The position numbers were made by a program, and so were the translations under genes. The notes beneath the pieces are model-generated. The model had not been told where the DNA came from, did not search any database, and saw nothing but the letters and a program-made list of their open reading frames with translations. This document shows positions 6,889 to 16,469 of a DNA stretch of 64,000 bases, in pieces. Numbering within the stretch: position 1 is the first letter of the stretch; each line of letters starts with the position of its first letter. Source of the stretch: a virus; the IMG/VR virus record IMGVR_UViG_3300049846_002561, positions 1 to 64,000 of that record; one strand, given 5' to 3'.

Positions 6889-9518
6889 ACATTGAAGAGA
6901 ACATGAAGATCTCTTACTGCATCCCGGTAGAGCTCCGCGATGAGCAGATAAAAATAAACATCGGTAAAGTAAAGGAGCGACTATCTCCATCTACTGAACT
7001 GATAAAGGAGCCAATCGCATTAGTTAGCTTTGGCCCTTCTTTAAACGATACGTGGAGGGAGCTCAAGAAGTTCAATCACATCATCACCTGCTCTGGAGCG
7101 CACAAGTTCCTTCTTGACAAAGGCCTCTCCCCAAATAATTTCAAGCACTGGTATCACGCCGACCTAGATCCAAGGGAGTATAAAATAAAGATACTCGGAG
7201 AGCCAAGGCACGGCATCGAGTACCTTATCGCCTCAACAATTCACCCGAAGTATTTAGATGCCCTAAAAGGCTACGACGTTAAGCTGTGGCATATATTTGC
7301 TACCGACGATGAGGCAGAGAGGGTTCTTCCCAGAGGAGAGTGGAAGTTTACCGGTGGATCATCCGTTGGATTGAGAACGTTTACACTGGCAAGGGCACTA
7401 GGATATACCGACTTCCACGTGTTTGGAATGGATGGTAGCATGAGGCCAAATGAGACTCATACCACAGAGCACCCAAATCCACCACCTCAATCTGCGGAGA
7501 CAGAGTATAAGGGGAAGAAATATATCACTACGCCATCAATGCTCCACGTAGCCAAGGAAACCTTTAAGGAAATGGATCAGCTCCCTGACTGTAAGTTTAA
7601 GTTCTACGGAGAAGGACTCGTTCAGGATATGGCAAAGGACTACGTTCCAAATGTAAAAAGAGGCTCTAGTCTTGCTTTTGTGTCCGAGGAAACGATTTCT
7701 AAGGAGTATATTGAACTCAATAGGAAGTTACACGAGGACAACCCCTCCTACGGAATGGGAGGTAGCAAGTACGTGAATACGGTTCTTGAGCTCTCTAAAG
7801 CAAATAAGACTACTAGCATCCTTGATTATGGATGCGGAAAGGGAATGCTCGCAAAAGGACTTCCTTTCCCTATATGGGAGTATGATCCCGCCGTTCTGGG
7901 TAAAACAACGGTTCCCAAACCAGCAGATATAGTTGTGTGTACGGATGTTCTTGAGCATATAGAACAGGACAAACTGATGATCGTGCTTCAGGATTTGAAG
8001 AGGTGTGTGAAGCAGGTTGGATACTTTGTGATAAGCACAAGGAAGGCCGTGAAGACCTATGCCAATGGCGAAAATGCTCACCTCATTGTTCAGGGCAAAG
8101 ATTGGTGGGAAAAGAAACTCAAGAAGTATTTTGAAGTTGGAACAGTAATTGAAAAAGAAAAGGAATGTGAGCTTCACGTTATTGTTGGCCCAAAGAAAGA
8201 GGTTCAGCCGGAGATAACCACTATTGAAAAAGGTGGACTGAAGTTTAAGTTCTACACTCCAAATGATACTACAAGGTGGAGGGCAAACACGCTGTTCATA
8301 AAAGAGCCGACAACGATAGATTGGCTAGACTCAATAAAGCATGGGGAGGTGTTGTATGATGTTGGCGCTAACGTTGGATCTTATACCGTGTATGCCGGGG
8401 TGCGAGGGGTAAAGGTATACGCATTTGAACCGGAGGCAGAGAACTATGCCATGCTCGTGAGAAACATGAGGTTAAATGGGCTAGATCCTACAGCCTACTG
8501 CGTTGCGTGTTCTGATAAGCAGAGAACCGTTAGCCTGTCTGATTATAAGTTTGAATTTGGAATGCTCAATTTAAGTATGCCGGGCGCTGGAGGATCGTGT
8601 CATAGCTTTAATGAAAAGGAAAGCAACATTAAACAGGGATGCTTTTCGACTTGCATAGACAACATTGCGGGGAAACTGTTTTGTCTTCCAAAGCCCGATC
8701 ACATTAAAATTGACGTGGATGGAATAGAGCATTGCGTAGTGTTTGGAGCTGCGAACACCCTGAAAGATGTGAAGTCGATCATTGTGGAGATTGATCCAAA
8801 TTCAGAAAATCATAAGAAGATGATTTTAGAACTAGAAAGACTTGGGTTTTACTATGACCAAGCTCAAGTTGATAGGGCAACAAGAAAAGAAGGGAATTTC
8901 AAAGGATATGCAGAATATGTATTCAGAAAAAATGTCTTAAAGACGTCGGCTCATGTTTATCCGTTTTTTGTTTTAGATAATGTGTTTACAGAAAACTACG
9001 ATAAGATAGTTGAAGTTTCACGAAATTTAAAGTATCAATCCCTTGAAGAGGCAAGGGGCACAAAGGGATATCCAGAGAGATATGTAGCCGGCGTTGATGA
9101 AAAATCTTTTTTACTGATAAAAAACGGCATCAATCAGCTAAAAAAAGAAATCTGTGAAGAGTTCAATCTTAACGCTGAAGACTATGATACAGACCTTCTG
9201 TTCATAAACGATAAGCCAGGATACAAGATAGGAGTCCACAGAGACAGGCTAGACAAAGTAGTAACGGCTTTGATATACCTTCCTGAAAACACAAACAATA
9301 GTCATGCCGGGACGTCCATCTATAAACCAAAGAAAGAAGGATTTTCTTGCCCTGTCGGTAAACACTATGGATTTGATGATTTTGATAAGGTTGAAACTAT
9401 TGGGTACGTGCCAAACAGGGCGTTTGTATTCCTCAACACAGATCACTCCTTCCATGGCGTAGAGCCTTGTGATGTGGAAAGACATGTTTTGCTAATGAAT
9501 TTAAACAAGAAAAAATGA
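6861..9518 (+). CDS. Four-domain fusion: Maf/DUF115-like transferase + class I SAM methyltransferase + FkbM methyltransferase + 2OG-Fe(II) oxygenase
   Basis: VSFGPSL...GGSSVG...FGMDGS (Maf/MptE-like); LDYGCGKG...DVLEHI; YDVGANVG...AFEP...IKIDVDG (FkbM); HRD...FHGV...R (2OG-Fe). Confidence 0.8.
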   Translation: MEEKEKKHLNIEENMKISYCIPVELRDEQIKINIGKVKERLSPSTELIKEPIALVSFGPSLNDTWRELKKFNHIITCSGAHKFLLDKGLSPNNFKHWYHADLDPREYKIKILGEPRHGIEYLIASTIHPKYLDALKGYDVKLWHIFATDDEAERVLPRGEWKFTGGSSVGLRTFTLARALGYTDFHVFGMDGSMRPNETHTTEHPNPPPQSAETEYKGKKYITTPSMLHVAKETFKEMDQLPDCKFKFYGEGLVQDMAKDYVPNVKRGSSLAFVSEETISKEYIELNRKLHEDNPSYGMGGSKYVNTVLELSKANKTTSILDYGCGKGMLAKGLPFPIWEYDPAVLGKTTVPKPADIVVCTDVLEHIEQDKLMIVLQDLKRCVKQVGYFVISTRKAVKTYANGENAHLIVQGKDWWEKKLKKYFEVGTVIEKEKECELHVIVGPKKEVQPEITTIEKGGLKFKFYTPNDTTRWRANTLFIKEPTTIDWLDSIKHGEVLYDVGANVGSYTVYAGVRGVKVYAFEPEAENYAMLVRNMRLNGLDPTAYCVACSDKQRTVSLSDYKFEFGMLNLSMPGAGGSCHSFNEKESNIKQGCFSTCIDNIAGKLFCLPKPDHIKIDVDGIEHCVVFGAANTLKDVKSIIVEIDPNSENHKKMILELERLGFYYDQAQVDRATRKEGNFKGYAEYVFRKNVLKTSAHVYPFFVLDNVFTENYDKIVEVSRNLKYQSLEEARGTKGYPERYVAGVDEKSFLLIKNGINQLKKEICEEFNLNAEDYDTDLLFINDKPGYKIGVHRDRLDKVVTALIYLPENTNNSHAGTSIYKPKKEGFSCPVGKHYGFDDFDKVETIGYVPNRAFVFLNTDHSFHGVEPCDVERHVLLMNLNKKK

Positions 9519-10222
9519 ATACGGTATACATAGGGTACGATTACCGGGAGGCTTTAGCGTACAACGTAGCTGAGCACTCCATTAAAAGCAGATCTGTTGG
9601 TGTCAGAGTGCAAATGTTGAGGCTTCAGGATTTAAGGTCACTGATATACAGGAAAGTAGAGATGCGCGGAAATCAGATGTGGTGTCCTATAAGTGAGGCT
9701 CCCGTTGGAACAGAGTTTACGTTCAGCAGGTTCTTGATACCAAAGATGGATTCCGGGTGGTCGATATTCATGGACTGCGATATCGTGTGCGTATCAGATA
9801 TAAGGGAGCTGTTTGAGTTCATAAACGCTCCGGAAAACCAAAAGTATGCCGCCATGTGCGTAAAACACAATTATGTTCCAAAGGAAAAGATACACATGGT
9901 AGATCAGATACAGACTGTTTATGACAGGAAAAACTGGGCATCCGTAATTGCTTTTAATTGCGATCACGAGGCGCACAGAAGGCTTTCCTTTGAGGACATA
10001 AACACGTGGCCCGGAAGGGACCTGCACGCTCTTAAATGGATGAAGGACGAGGAAATAGGAGAGCTGCCCGCTGAGTGGAACCACCTTGTTGACGTGAACG
10101 ACCCTAATCCAGGCGCCAAGATACTACATTATACCCTCGGTGGGCCATGGATACCGGGGTGGCAGCCAAAAGAAAGCGATAACGCATGGATTGAAGAATA
10201 CAATAAATTTATATCTTTGTAG
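9515..10222 (+). CDS. GT-A fold glycosyltransferase (GT8-like)
   Basis: YIGYD, FTFSRF, FMDCD (DxD), RKNWAS, EWN and HYTLGGPW. Confidence 0.8.
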   Translation: MNTVYIGYDYREALAYNVAEHSIKSRSVGVRVQMLRLQDLRSLIYRKVEMRGNQMWCPISEAPVGTEFTFSRFLIPKMDSGWSIFMDCDIVCVSDIRELFEFINAPENQKYAAMCVKHNYVPKEKIHMVDQIQTVYDRKNWASVIAFNCDHEAHRRLSFEDINTWPGRDLHALKWMKDEEIGELPAEWNHLVDVNDPNPGAKILHYTLGGPWIPGWQPKESDNAWIEEYNKFISL

Positions 10223-10224
10223 TC

Positions 10225-10641
10225 ATGTCTTCAAGTCCCGGAGCTACATTCAGAGATTTCTATGCGCATAGCGCACCGTGGCCTATCCCCGACTGGTTTA
10301 CTCCAAACGGGGTGGGTCCCCGCCCCGCGGACATAACGCCCCCAGATGAGTACTTCGTATATGATCCGGATAATGCCGCAACGGCTCAGTACGGACTGTA
10401 CAAATTTTACGATCGTGATACCAACTACTGGGATGATGACGAGGCGGCCATCGAGACCGGTGAGGCCGTGCCACACGCCTTTAAGAATGAGGTGAGTGAG
10501 TACTGGGCGGCATACGACTACCGCGTGGCGGAAATAAACGTATGGCAGCGTGACTACGACAAGGAAAGATACTTTCAGTGGCGCTGGTACTACGCCGATG
10601 AGATGCTCGTGAAGAGAGAATACGGAAACATATCAAACTAA
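10225..10641 (+). CDS. Hypothetical W/Y/D-rich protein
   Basis: 138-aa ORF; TATCTTTG box at 10212-10219, 5 nt before the ATG. Confidence 0.6.
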   Translation: MSSSPGATFRDFYAHSAPWPIPDWFTPNGVGPRPADITPPDEYFVYDPDNAATAQYGLYKFYDRDTNYWDDDEAAIETGEAVPHAFKNEVSEYWAAYDYRVAEINVWQRDYDKERYFQWRWYYADEMLVKREYGNISN

Positions 10642-10654
10642 CAATAACGAAACA

Positions 10655-11401
10655 ATGACAACAGCTACAGAACAGATACCGTTGATAATTCCGGTATTCA
10701 ACCAACTGACATTTACAAAGAAACTGGTGGACTCCTTCCGGAAGTACTATCCAAAGAACAGGATATACATCCTCGACAACGGCTCTACATATCAGCCACT
10801 GAAAGACTGGCTAAAGGCCATAAACGATGGAACGGAAGAGCAAAACGTTGTTGTCTTTCATTCCCCTGAAAATGATTTTCGTGGCAACCTACGCCACTTC
10901 CTTGACGACTACATTCACGTAGGATATCCTTTCTACGCAATTTCCGATCCCGATATCGAGATCCTCGATGGGACACCTGAAGACTTCATGAGCTACTTCA
11001 TGACCGCTATCGAGGTTGGTGGATTGCATCGCGCAGGCTTTGGCCTTAAAACGGATGACATCCCAGATTACTTTGAAGATAAGGCCATGGTGGTGGGCAA
11101 TGAGGCGGAGCTCAAGAAGTCGCCAATGTGGGCAAACAAGGTGCAGGGGTGGATCGCCCCCCTTGACACTACCTTCTGTCTATACAAACGAGACAACGGA
11201 GGGTGGGCATCGCCAATGGATGGCAAAAAGTGGGGTAGCTGCGCGCGTATATTCGAGGCTAAGCACTGGGGTTGGTACATCGATCCAAACAATGTAAGTG
11301 AAGAGATGGACTTCTACTTTAAGACGTGCAATAAATTCATTCCAGGCACTCCCTCTGCCGGAGCAAACAACAATAGACCAAAGAAATATGAAAACAGTTA
11401 A
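10655..11401 (+). CDS. Glycosyltransferase family 2-like
   Basis: IIPVFN, ILDNGST and SDPD (DxD). Confidence 0.75.
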   Translation: MTTATEQIPLIIPVFNQLTFTKKLVDSFRKYYPKNRIYILDNGSTYQPLKDWLKAINDGTEEQNVVVFHSPENDFRGNLRHFLDDYIHVGYPFYAISDPDIEILDGTPEDFMSYFMTAIEVGGLHRAGFGLKTDDIPDYFEDKAMVVGNEAELKKSPMWANKVQGWIAPLDTTFCLYKRDNGGWASPMDGKKWGSCARIFEAKHWGWYIDPNNVSEEMDFYFKTCNKFIPGTPSAGANNNRPKKYENS

Positions 11402-11984
11402 CAGAATACACTACGAAGACGTGGTGAACAACGTTCTCCTTGTGGGGACACTTGATCATAATGTGTTTCAGGGGTTCCTGGAAGATTACAGAACCCTCTC
11501 CTGCTTACTTAAAGAATATAAACCAAATTCTGTATTTGAGGTTGGAACAAACGTGGGCTCTGGTATCAATGTCATGGCTGCAGCGTTGCCCCTAGCTAAG
11601 ATATACAGCCTGGATCTCGACTATGAGACCATGATGCTCAACAGTAAGCAATATCCTATCGGTCCGAACGGAGAGGATCGCGTGGGATCGGCGGCAAGAG
11701 TTCAGTACACACAGCTTCGCGGGGATAGCCTTACGTTTGATTATTCCGCATATCCATGTGAAGCGTACTACGTCGATGGAGAGCATGACTACGATCATCC
11801 GTTCAAAGAGACAAAGGAGATCCTAAAGCAAAAGCCAAAGATCGTCATTTACCATGACGCTGACATTCCAGAAGTATTTAAGGGAATCGTTGATGGCGGT
11901 GCGGAAGATGATGATTACGTTCTATTCCGCGTGGAAGGGACAAGGATCGCCTTTTACCTGCACAAGAATTTCGTGAAATGGTAG
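11388..11984 (+). CDS. Class I SAM-dependent methyltransferase (Methyltransf_24-like)
   Basis: FEVGTNVGSG, GDS, VDGEHDY and YHD; ATG at 11388 preferred over the track start at 11298. Confidence 0.75.
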   Translation: MKTVNRIHYEDVVNNVLLVGTLDHNVFQGFLEDYRTLSCLLKEYKPNSVFEVGTNVGSGINVMAAALPLAKIYSLDLDYETMMLNSKQYPIGPNGEDRVGSAARVQYTQLRGDSLTFDYSAYPCEAYYVDGEHDYDHPFKETKEILKQKPKIVIYHDADIPEVFKGIVDGGAEDDDYVLFRVEGTRIAFYLHKNFVKW

Positions 11985-12670
11985 GCATTGTAGTTATCGC
12001 CTACAATAAACCCGACTTCATACGCCTGCAGATAGAGAAAATAAGTAAGTACTGCAAGGACGTGCACGAGATCGTTATTGTAGACAACAGCACGGACAGG
12101 GAGATGTCCGCCGCTGTAAAGTATCACTCGGAGGGGCGCAAGTACATAAAAACAAACGCCTCCTCTTCCGGGGGTAGTCAGTCGCATTCCTTTGCTGCCA
12201 ACCTATCGTTCATGCGCCTATGCGGAAAGTATGATTACTTCCTGTACCTCGATCATGACTGCTTCCCTGTAATGGACTTCTCCGTTCCTGAGATATTGGG
12301 TGAAAAAATTATTGCCGGTGTGGGGCAGGTGAAGGGAGAGAAGACGTACCTGTGGCCGGGGTGCCTGATGTGGAAGGGAGAAGCCATCGCCCCAGGTTAT
12401 ATCGACTTCTCTCCAAATGAGGAGCTTGGTCTTGACACCGGCGGTAACCTATACCGAATTGTCGATCACTATGGCCGGGAAAAGGTTTTGTTTCTAAATG
12501 AGGAGCACTGCGAGAACCCGCAATTCAATAAGTCCTTCTATAACTTTTACTGCATGATAAACAATGGTATGTTCATGCACTTTGTAAATGGCAGTGTCTG
12601 GAACAAAACAGTATCCGATGACGAAAGAGTGAACTCCCTTATAAACATACTAACCGAAAAAACGAAATGA
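11978..12670 (+). CDS. Glycosyltransferase (GT2-like, GT-A fold)
   Basis: VVIAYN, IVDNS, YLDHD (DxD) and DTGG. Confidence 0.7.
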   Translation: MVGIVVIAYNKPDFIRLQIEKISKYCKDVHEIVIVDNSTDREMSAAVKYHSEGRKYIKTNASSSGGSQSHSFAANLSFMRLCGKYDYFLYLDHDCFPVMDFSVPEILGEKIIAGVGQVKGEKTYLWPGCLMWKGEAIAPGYIDFSPNEELGLDTGGNLYRIVDHYGREKVLFLNEEHCENPQFNKSFYNFYCMINNGMFMHFVNGSVWNKTVSDDERVNSLINILTEKTK

Positions 12671-15594
12671 AGTGCGCCGTAATTTTTTACCACAAGAATG
12701 CCCTGCAGATATACAGGAGAGAGTGGATAAATGACTGTATCTACACAATAAAAAATCAGACGTTCAAGAACTTTGATGTTTTTGAGCTTAACTACGGCGG
12801 ATCCGAAGATCGCTTTGGTGAGGGCGTTTTTAGTAATTACATATTCATCCAAAAGCAAATGGAGAATCACATAGAGGCCATGAACTATCTATACTCTATG
12901 TTGTTTGCTAATGGATACGACGTGGTATTTAATACCAACCTTGATGACTTTTACTCGGAGCGTAGGTTTGAGGTACAGCTTTCATACATAGAGCAGGGAT
13001 ACGACATCGTTAGCTCAGACTTCAAGTATGTGAACGAGAGGTCCGAGGCATACAAGGACATGGTGATGACTCAAAAGGGTGGTATTGCGGAAAACCTGGC
13101 AAGGAACCACAACGTTATAGCCCATCCATGTGTGGCCATGAGTAAATCCTTCTGGGACGACAACCTACACTATAAAAACATCCTCGGAAGTGAGGATCTA
13201 GACCTATGGAAGAGGGGCGTTGTTGCGGGCAAGAAGTTCTTCATTATCCCTGAGTTCCTGTTGTTCTACAGGATCCACGATACGCAGGTAACCAAGGAAT
13301 TTCGGTCAAAAAAAAAGGTTAACCTAATGGTGATCGCCACAAATAAGTACCGGCACTTTGTGGCGCCATTACTTGACTCTGCAGATAAGTACTTCCTCGA
13401 TGATTGCGACGTAGAGTATTGCGTGTTTACAGACGATATTACGGACATGGAAAAGCGCCTCAATAGGCCGTGCCACATCTTCGAGGTCAAGCATCAGCCG
13501 TGGCCATACATGACCCTCCATCGCTTCCATGTGTTTAGGAAGTACATGAACGACATGCCTACGGCGGACTACTATGCGTACATAGATGCAGACACTCTGT
13601 TTAAGGGTATTATCACCAAGGAAATACTCAGCAACGAAACGGTTGTGCAGCACTGCGGCTTTACAAATCAAAGGGGGCCATACGAGACGAACCCTATGTC
13701 AGAGAGCTTTGTTCCCCCTCAGATGGGAACCCATTACTTCGGAGGTGGATTTTGGCTATTCTCAAAGGAGCGATTCCCGCACATCGTAAACTTGGCCATA
13801 CAGATGATAGACACGGATGCCGGTAGAGGAATAATACCGGTGTGGCATGACGAAAGCGTGTTGAATAAATTAATGGTAATGTCTCCGCCGGAGAAGATAC
13901 TGCCCCCCGCATACCACTATCCTCAGTCCAGGACCGCCCATTACATAAAAAAGTGGGGTCGTAACTACGAGTGTAAAATACTGCTTCTTGACAAAAATCA
14001 CGATGAGTATCGCAAGGAAGATGAAAAGCCAGAGGTCTCAGTGTGGCTAGAGAGATATCCATTTGTTACCATGTCTAACTTCGGTAGCAACGGTCGCCTT
14101 GGGAACATGATGTTTCAGTACGCCTTCCTGATCGGATTATCAAAGAAGTACAACGTGGACATCAAAATGCCAGCGTTCAGGAACATGCCTGACACCAGAC
14201 CGGAGTCCATGGAAAACGTGCTCCCGCGTAAGGAAAGGAGCTTTCACTACACGCCTCAGTACTATGACGAGATGAACTGGCAGCGGTCGTGGGACTTCTC
14301 CGGATACTTCCAAAGCGAAAAGTACTGGTCTCACTGCCGGGAGGCGGTAATATCGGCGCTTGCCTTTAATGACGGCGATCACATGGGCGCTGTTGAGTCC
14401 ATGGGTAATGCCTTCTCCAGGGAGACGATCGCCATCCACATTCGCCGCGGAGACTACGTAAATAACAAAAACTACTATCAGCTCACGGCAAGGTACTACA
14501 TATTGGCCCTTGAGGAGAATTTCCCTAACTGGAGGGACTGTAACCTGGTATTTTTCTCAGATGACATTGAGTATGCCATGATCCACTTTGAGTGTCTCGA
14601 TAACGCATACTTCTCTGAGGGGCATAGCGAGATAGAGGACATGTTCCTAATGTCCAAGTGCGACAATCACATAATAGCCAACTCCACCTTCTCGTGGTGG
14701 GGAGCATACCTCTCAAAAAGTAAGAAGGTAGTTTGCCCGGCAAACGTCTTTGACACCAAGATGAAGGTCACGCACAATACCAAGGACTTCTATCCGGAGG
14801 GGTGGGTAAAGTTCAGTGATGAGGGTAAGAGGATAAACCTACAGAACCTTACTTTTATCATACCGGTAAAGTTTGATCACCGTGACAGGATACAGAACTT
14901 TGAGATATCTACCGCTATGATACGCGAGAATTTCGTGGCTCCGATATATGTTGGTGAGATCGCTAAGGTGGGAACATTCTTTAATAAGAACTGCGATGTA
15001 TACACGGAGTTCAAGATGCACAACTTCCACCGCACAAAGATGATCAACGACATGGTGAAGAAGATAAGCACCCCGTTCTTTGTAAACTATGACTGTGATG
15101 TTCTCCTCGCCCCCATGCAAATCATGGAGGCTGTACGTAAGCTACAACAGGGAAGTGACATGGTATCGCCATACGACTGGAGGTTCTCCAGGGTGCCTCG
15201 CGCATGGGAGCCCGCGCTCAAAAAGAACACCGATGTAGGCATATTCTCCGGTCACAGGAACTCTTTCATAGGGTTCCGTGAAGGGGACAAGGAGAGCTGG
15301 GGGGGAGCTATATTTTTCAACAAGGAATCGTTCATAAAAGGAGGAATGGAAAATGAGAACTTTATATCTTTTGGTCCTGAAGATTCGGAAAGGCTTCAGC
15401 GATTTTCTAAGCTTGGATTTTCGGTATGCAGAGTTAGGGGGCCACTCTATCACCTCGATCACTTTAAAGGAATTGATAGCGGGAAAACTCATGCGTTTTT
15501 TCAGAAAAATAAAGCCGAGTTCAAGAAAATACTCGCCCTGAGCGCTGAAGATCTTAGAAAATATGTAGATTCGTGGTCATGGTTAAAGGCTTAA
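12667..15594 (+). CDS. Four-domain glycosyltransferase: GT2 + GT6 (ABO-type) + GT11 (alpha-1,2-fucosyltransferase) + GT7-like
   Basis: GT2: NLDD...HP...EDLDLW...YRIH. GT6: IATNKY...DAD...YFGGGF...WHDESVLN. GT11: GRLGNMMFQYA, HIRRGDY, FSDD, ANSTFSWWGAYL. GT7-like: YDCD, WGG, GGMENENFISFGPED. Confidence 0.85.
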   Translation: MKCAVIFYHKNALQIYRREWINDCIYTIKNQTFKNFDVFELNYGGSEDRFGEGVFSNYIFIQKQMENHIEAMNYLYSMLFANGYDVVFNTNLDDFYSERRFEVQLSYIEQGYDIVSSDFKYVNERSEAYKDMVMTQKGGIAENLARNHNVIAHPCVAMSKSFWDDNLHYKNILGSEDLDLWKRGVVAGKKFFIIPEFLLFYRIHDTQVTKEFRSKKKVNLMVIATNKYRHFVAPLLDSADKYFLDDCDVEYCVFTDDITDMEKRLNRPCHIFEVKHQPWPYMTLHRFHVFRKYMNDMPTADYYAYIDADTLFKGIITKEILSNETVVQHCGFTNQRGPYETNPMSESFVPPQMGTHYFGGGFWLFSKERFPHIVNLAIQMIDTDAGRGIIPVWHDESVLNKLMVMSPPEKILPPAYHYPQSRTAHYIKKWGRNYECKILLLDKNHDEYRKEDEKPEVSVWLERYPFVTMSNFGSNGRLGNMMFQYAFLIGLSKKYNVDIKMPAFRNMPDTRPESMENVLPRKERSFHYTPQYYDEMNWQRSWDFSGYFQSEKYWSHCREAVISALAFNDGDHMGAVESMGNAFSRETIAIHIRRGDYVNNKNYYQLTARYYILALEENFPNWRDCNLVFFSDDIEYAMIHFECLDNAYFSEGHSEIEDMFLMSKCDNHIIANSTFSWWGAYLSKSKKVVCPANVFDTKMKVTHNTKDFYPEGWVKFSDEGKRINLQNLTFIIPVKFDHRDRIQNFEISTAMIRENFVAPIYVGEIAKVGTFFNKNCDVYTEFKMHNFHRTKMINDMVKKISTPFFVNYDCDVLLAPMQIMEAVRKLQQGSDMVSPYDWRFSRVPRAWEPALKKNTDVGIFSGHRNSFIGFREGDKESWGGAIFFNKESFIKGGMENENFISFGPEDSERLQRFSKLGFSVCRVRGPLYHLDHFKGIDSGKTHAFFQKNKAEFKKILALSAEDLRKYVDSWSWLKA

Positions 15595-15636
15595 TGGTTA
15601 TAGCATGCGTTCTTATTATCTCTGCGATCTGCATCT

Positions 15637-16389
15637 ATGGAGAAAAAAAATGATCTTGTATACATTGTAGGTGCCGGATCGCCGTGGCTGAACAACGAGC
15701 TGCGCTACTCCCTGCGAAGCGTAGATAAGTTCCTAAAGAACTACAGGAACGTATTTATATTTGGTGAGTGCCCTATATTTATCAATAGGTCGTCCGTGAT
15801 ACACGTCCCGCACCAGGATACAAGCAGAGATAAGGCAGTGAACATAAAGAATAAGCTTATGTCCGTATGTTGTCATCCCGACGTTAGCGAGGATTTTATG
15901 TTCTTTAACGACGACTATTTCCTGCTAAAGGATGTTGACGCTACCAGCTACCCATATCTGTGGAAGTGCGACCTTGATCACACCCTATCAATAAACAGGT
16001 CCCTGTACCGCCATCACGTTCAATCAACAATAAATGTACTTACAGAGAACGGCCTTCCAACAAAAAACTTTGACACCCACAAGCCGATCATATACAACAA
16101 GCAAAAACTCTGGGACGTTATATTTAAATACAACTGGGAGGGGCGCGCCGGCTATACCATGCGGTCCCTATACTGCAATACCCTCGGCATAGAGGGTGAG
16201 TATCGCCTGGACTGCAAGTTTAACGTGCCCATGCACGATGTCCGCCTGGAGCAGAAGGTTACCGGTGAGGATTGCTTTTCCATTGATGATAGGTGCATAG
16301 GAATGTTCCTCAAGCGCTTCATGGAGAGAACCTACTCGGAACCGTCACGATTTGAACGGGAGATATTACCGGTAAAGGGTACCTCGTAG
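15637..16389 (+). CDS. Stealth-family-like sugar-1-phosphate transferase
   Basis: DLVY (CR1-like), ELRYSLRSV and FNDDYF (CR2). Confidence 0.7.
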   Translation: MEKKNDLVYIVGAGSPWLNNELRYSLRSVDKFLKNYRNVFIFGECPIFINRSSVIHVPHQDTSRDKAVNIKNKLMSVCCHPDVSEDFMFFNDDYFLLKDVDATSYPYLWKCDLDHTLSINRSLYRHHVQSTINVLTENGLPTKNFDTHKPIIYNKQKLWDVIFKYNWEGRAGYTMRSLYCNTLGIEGEYRLDCKFNVPMHDVRLEQKVTGEDCFSIDDRCIGMFLKRFMERTYSEPSRFEREILPVKGTS

Positions 16390-16469
16390 CCCTTTCAAGA
16401 GAAAAGTAAGTGAGCTTTATCCTGTTACAGATAATGTCAGAGTCCCGGTGAGCGCGGGATCCGCAGTAG

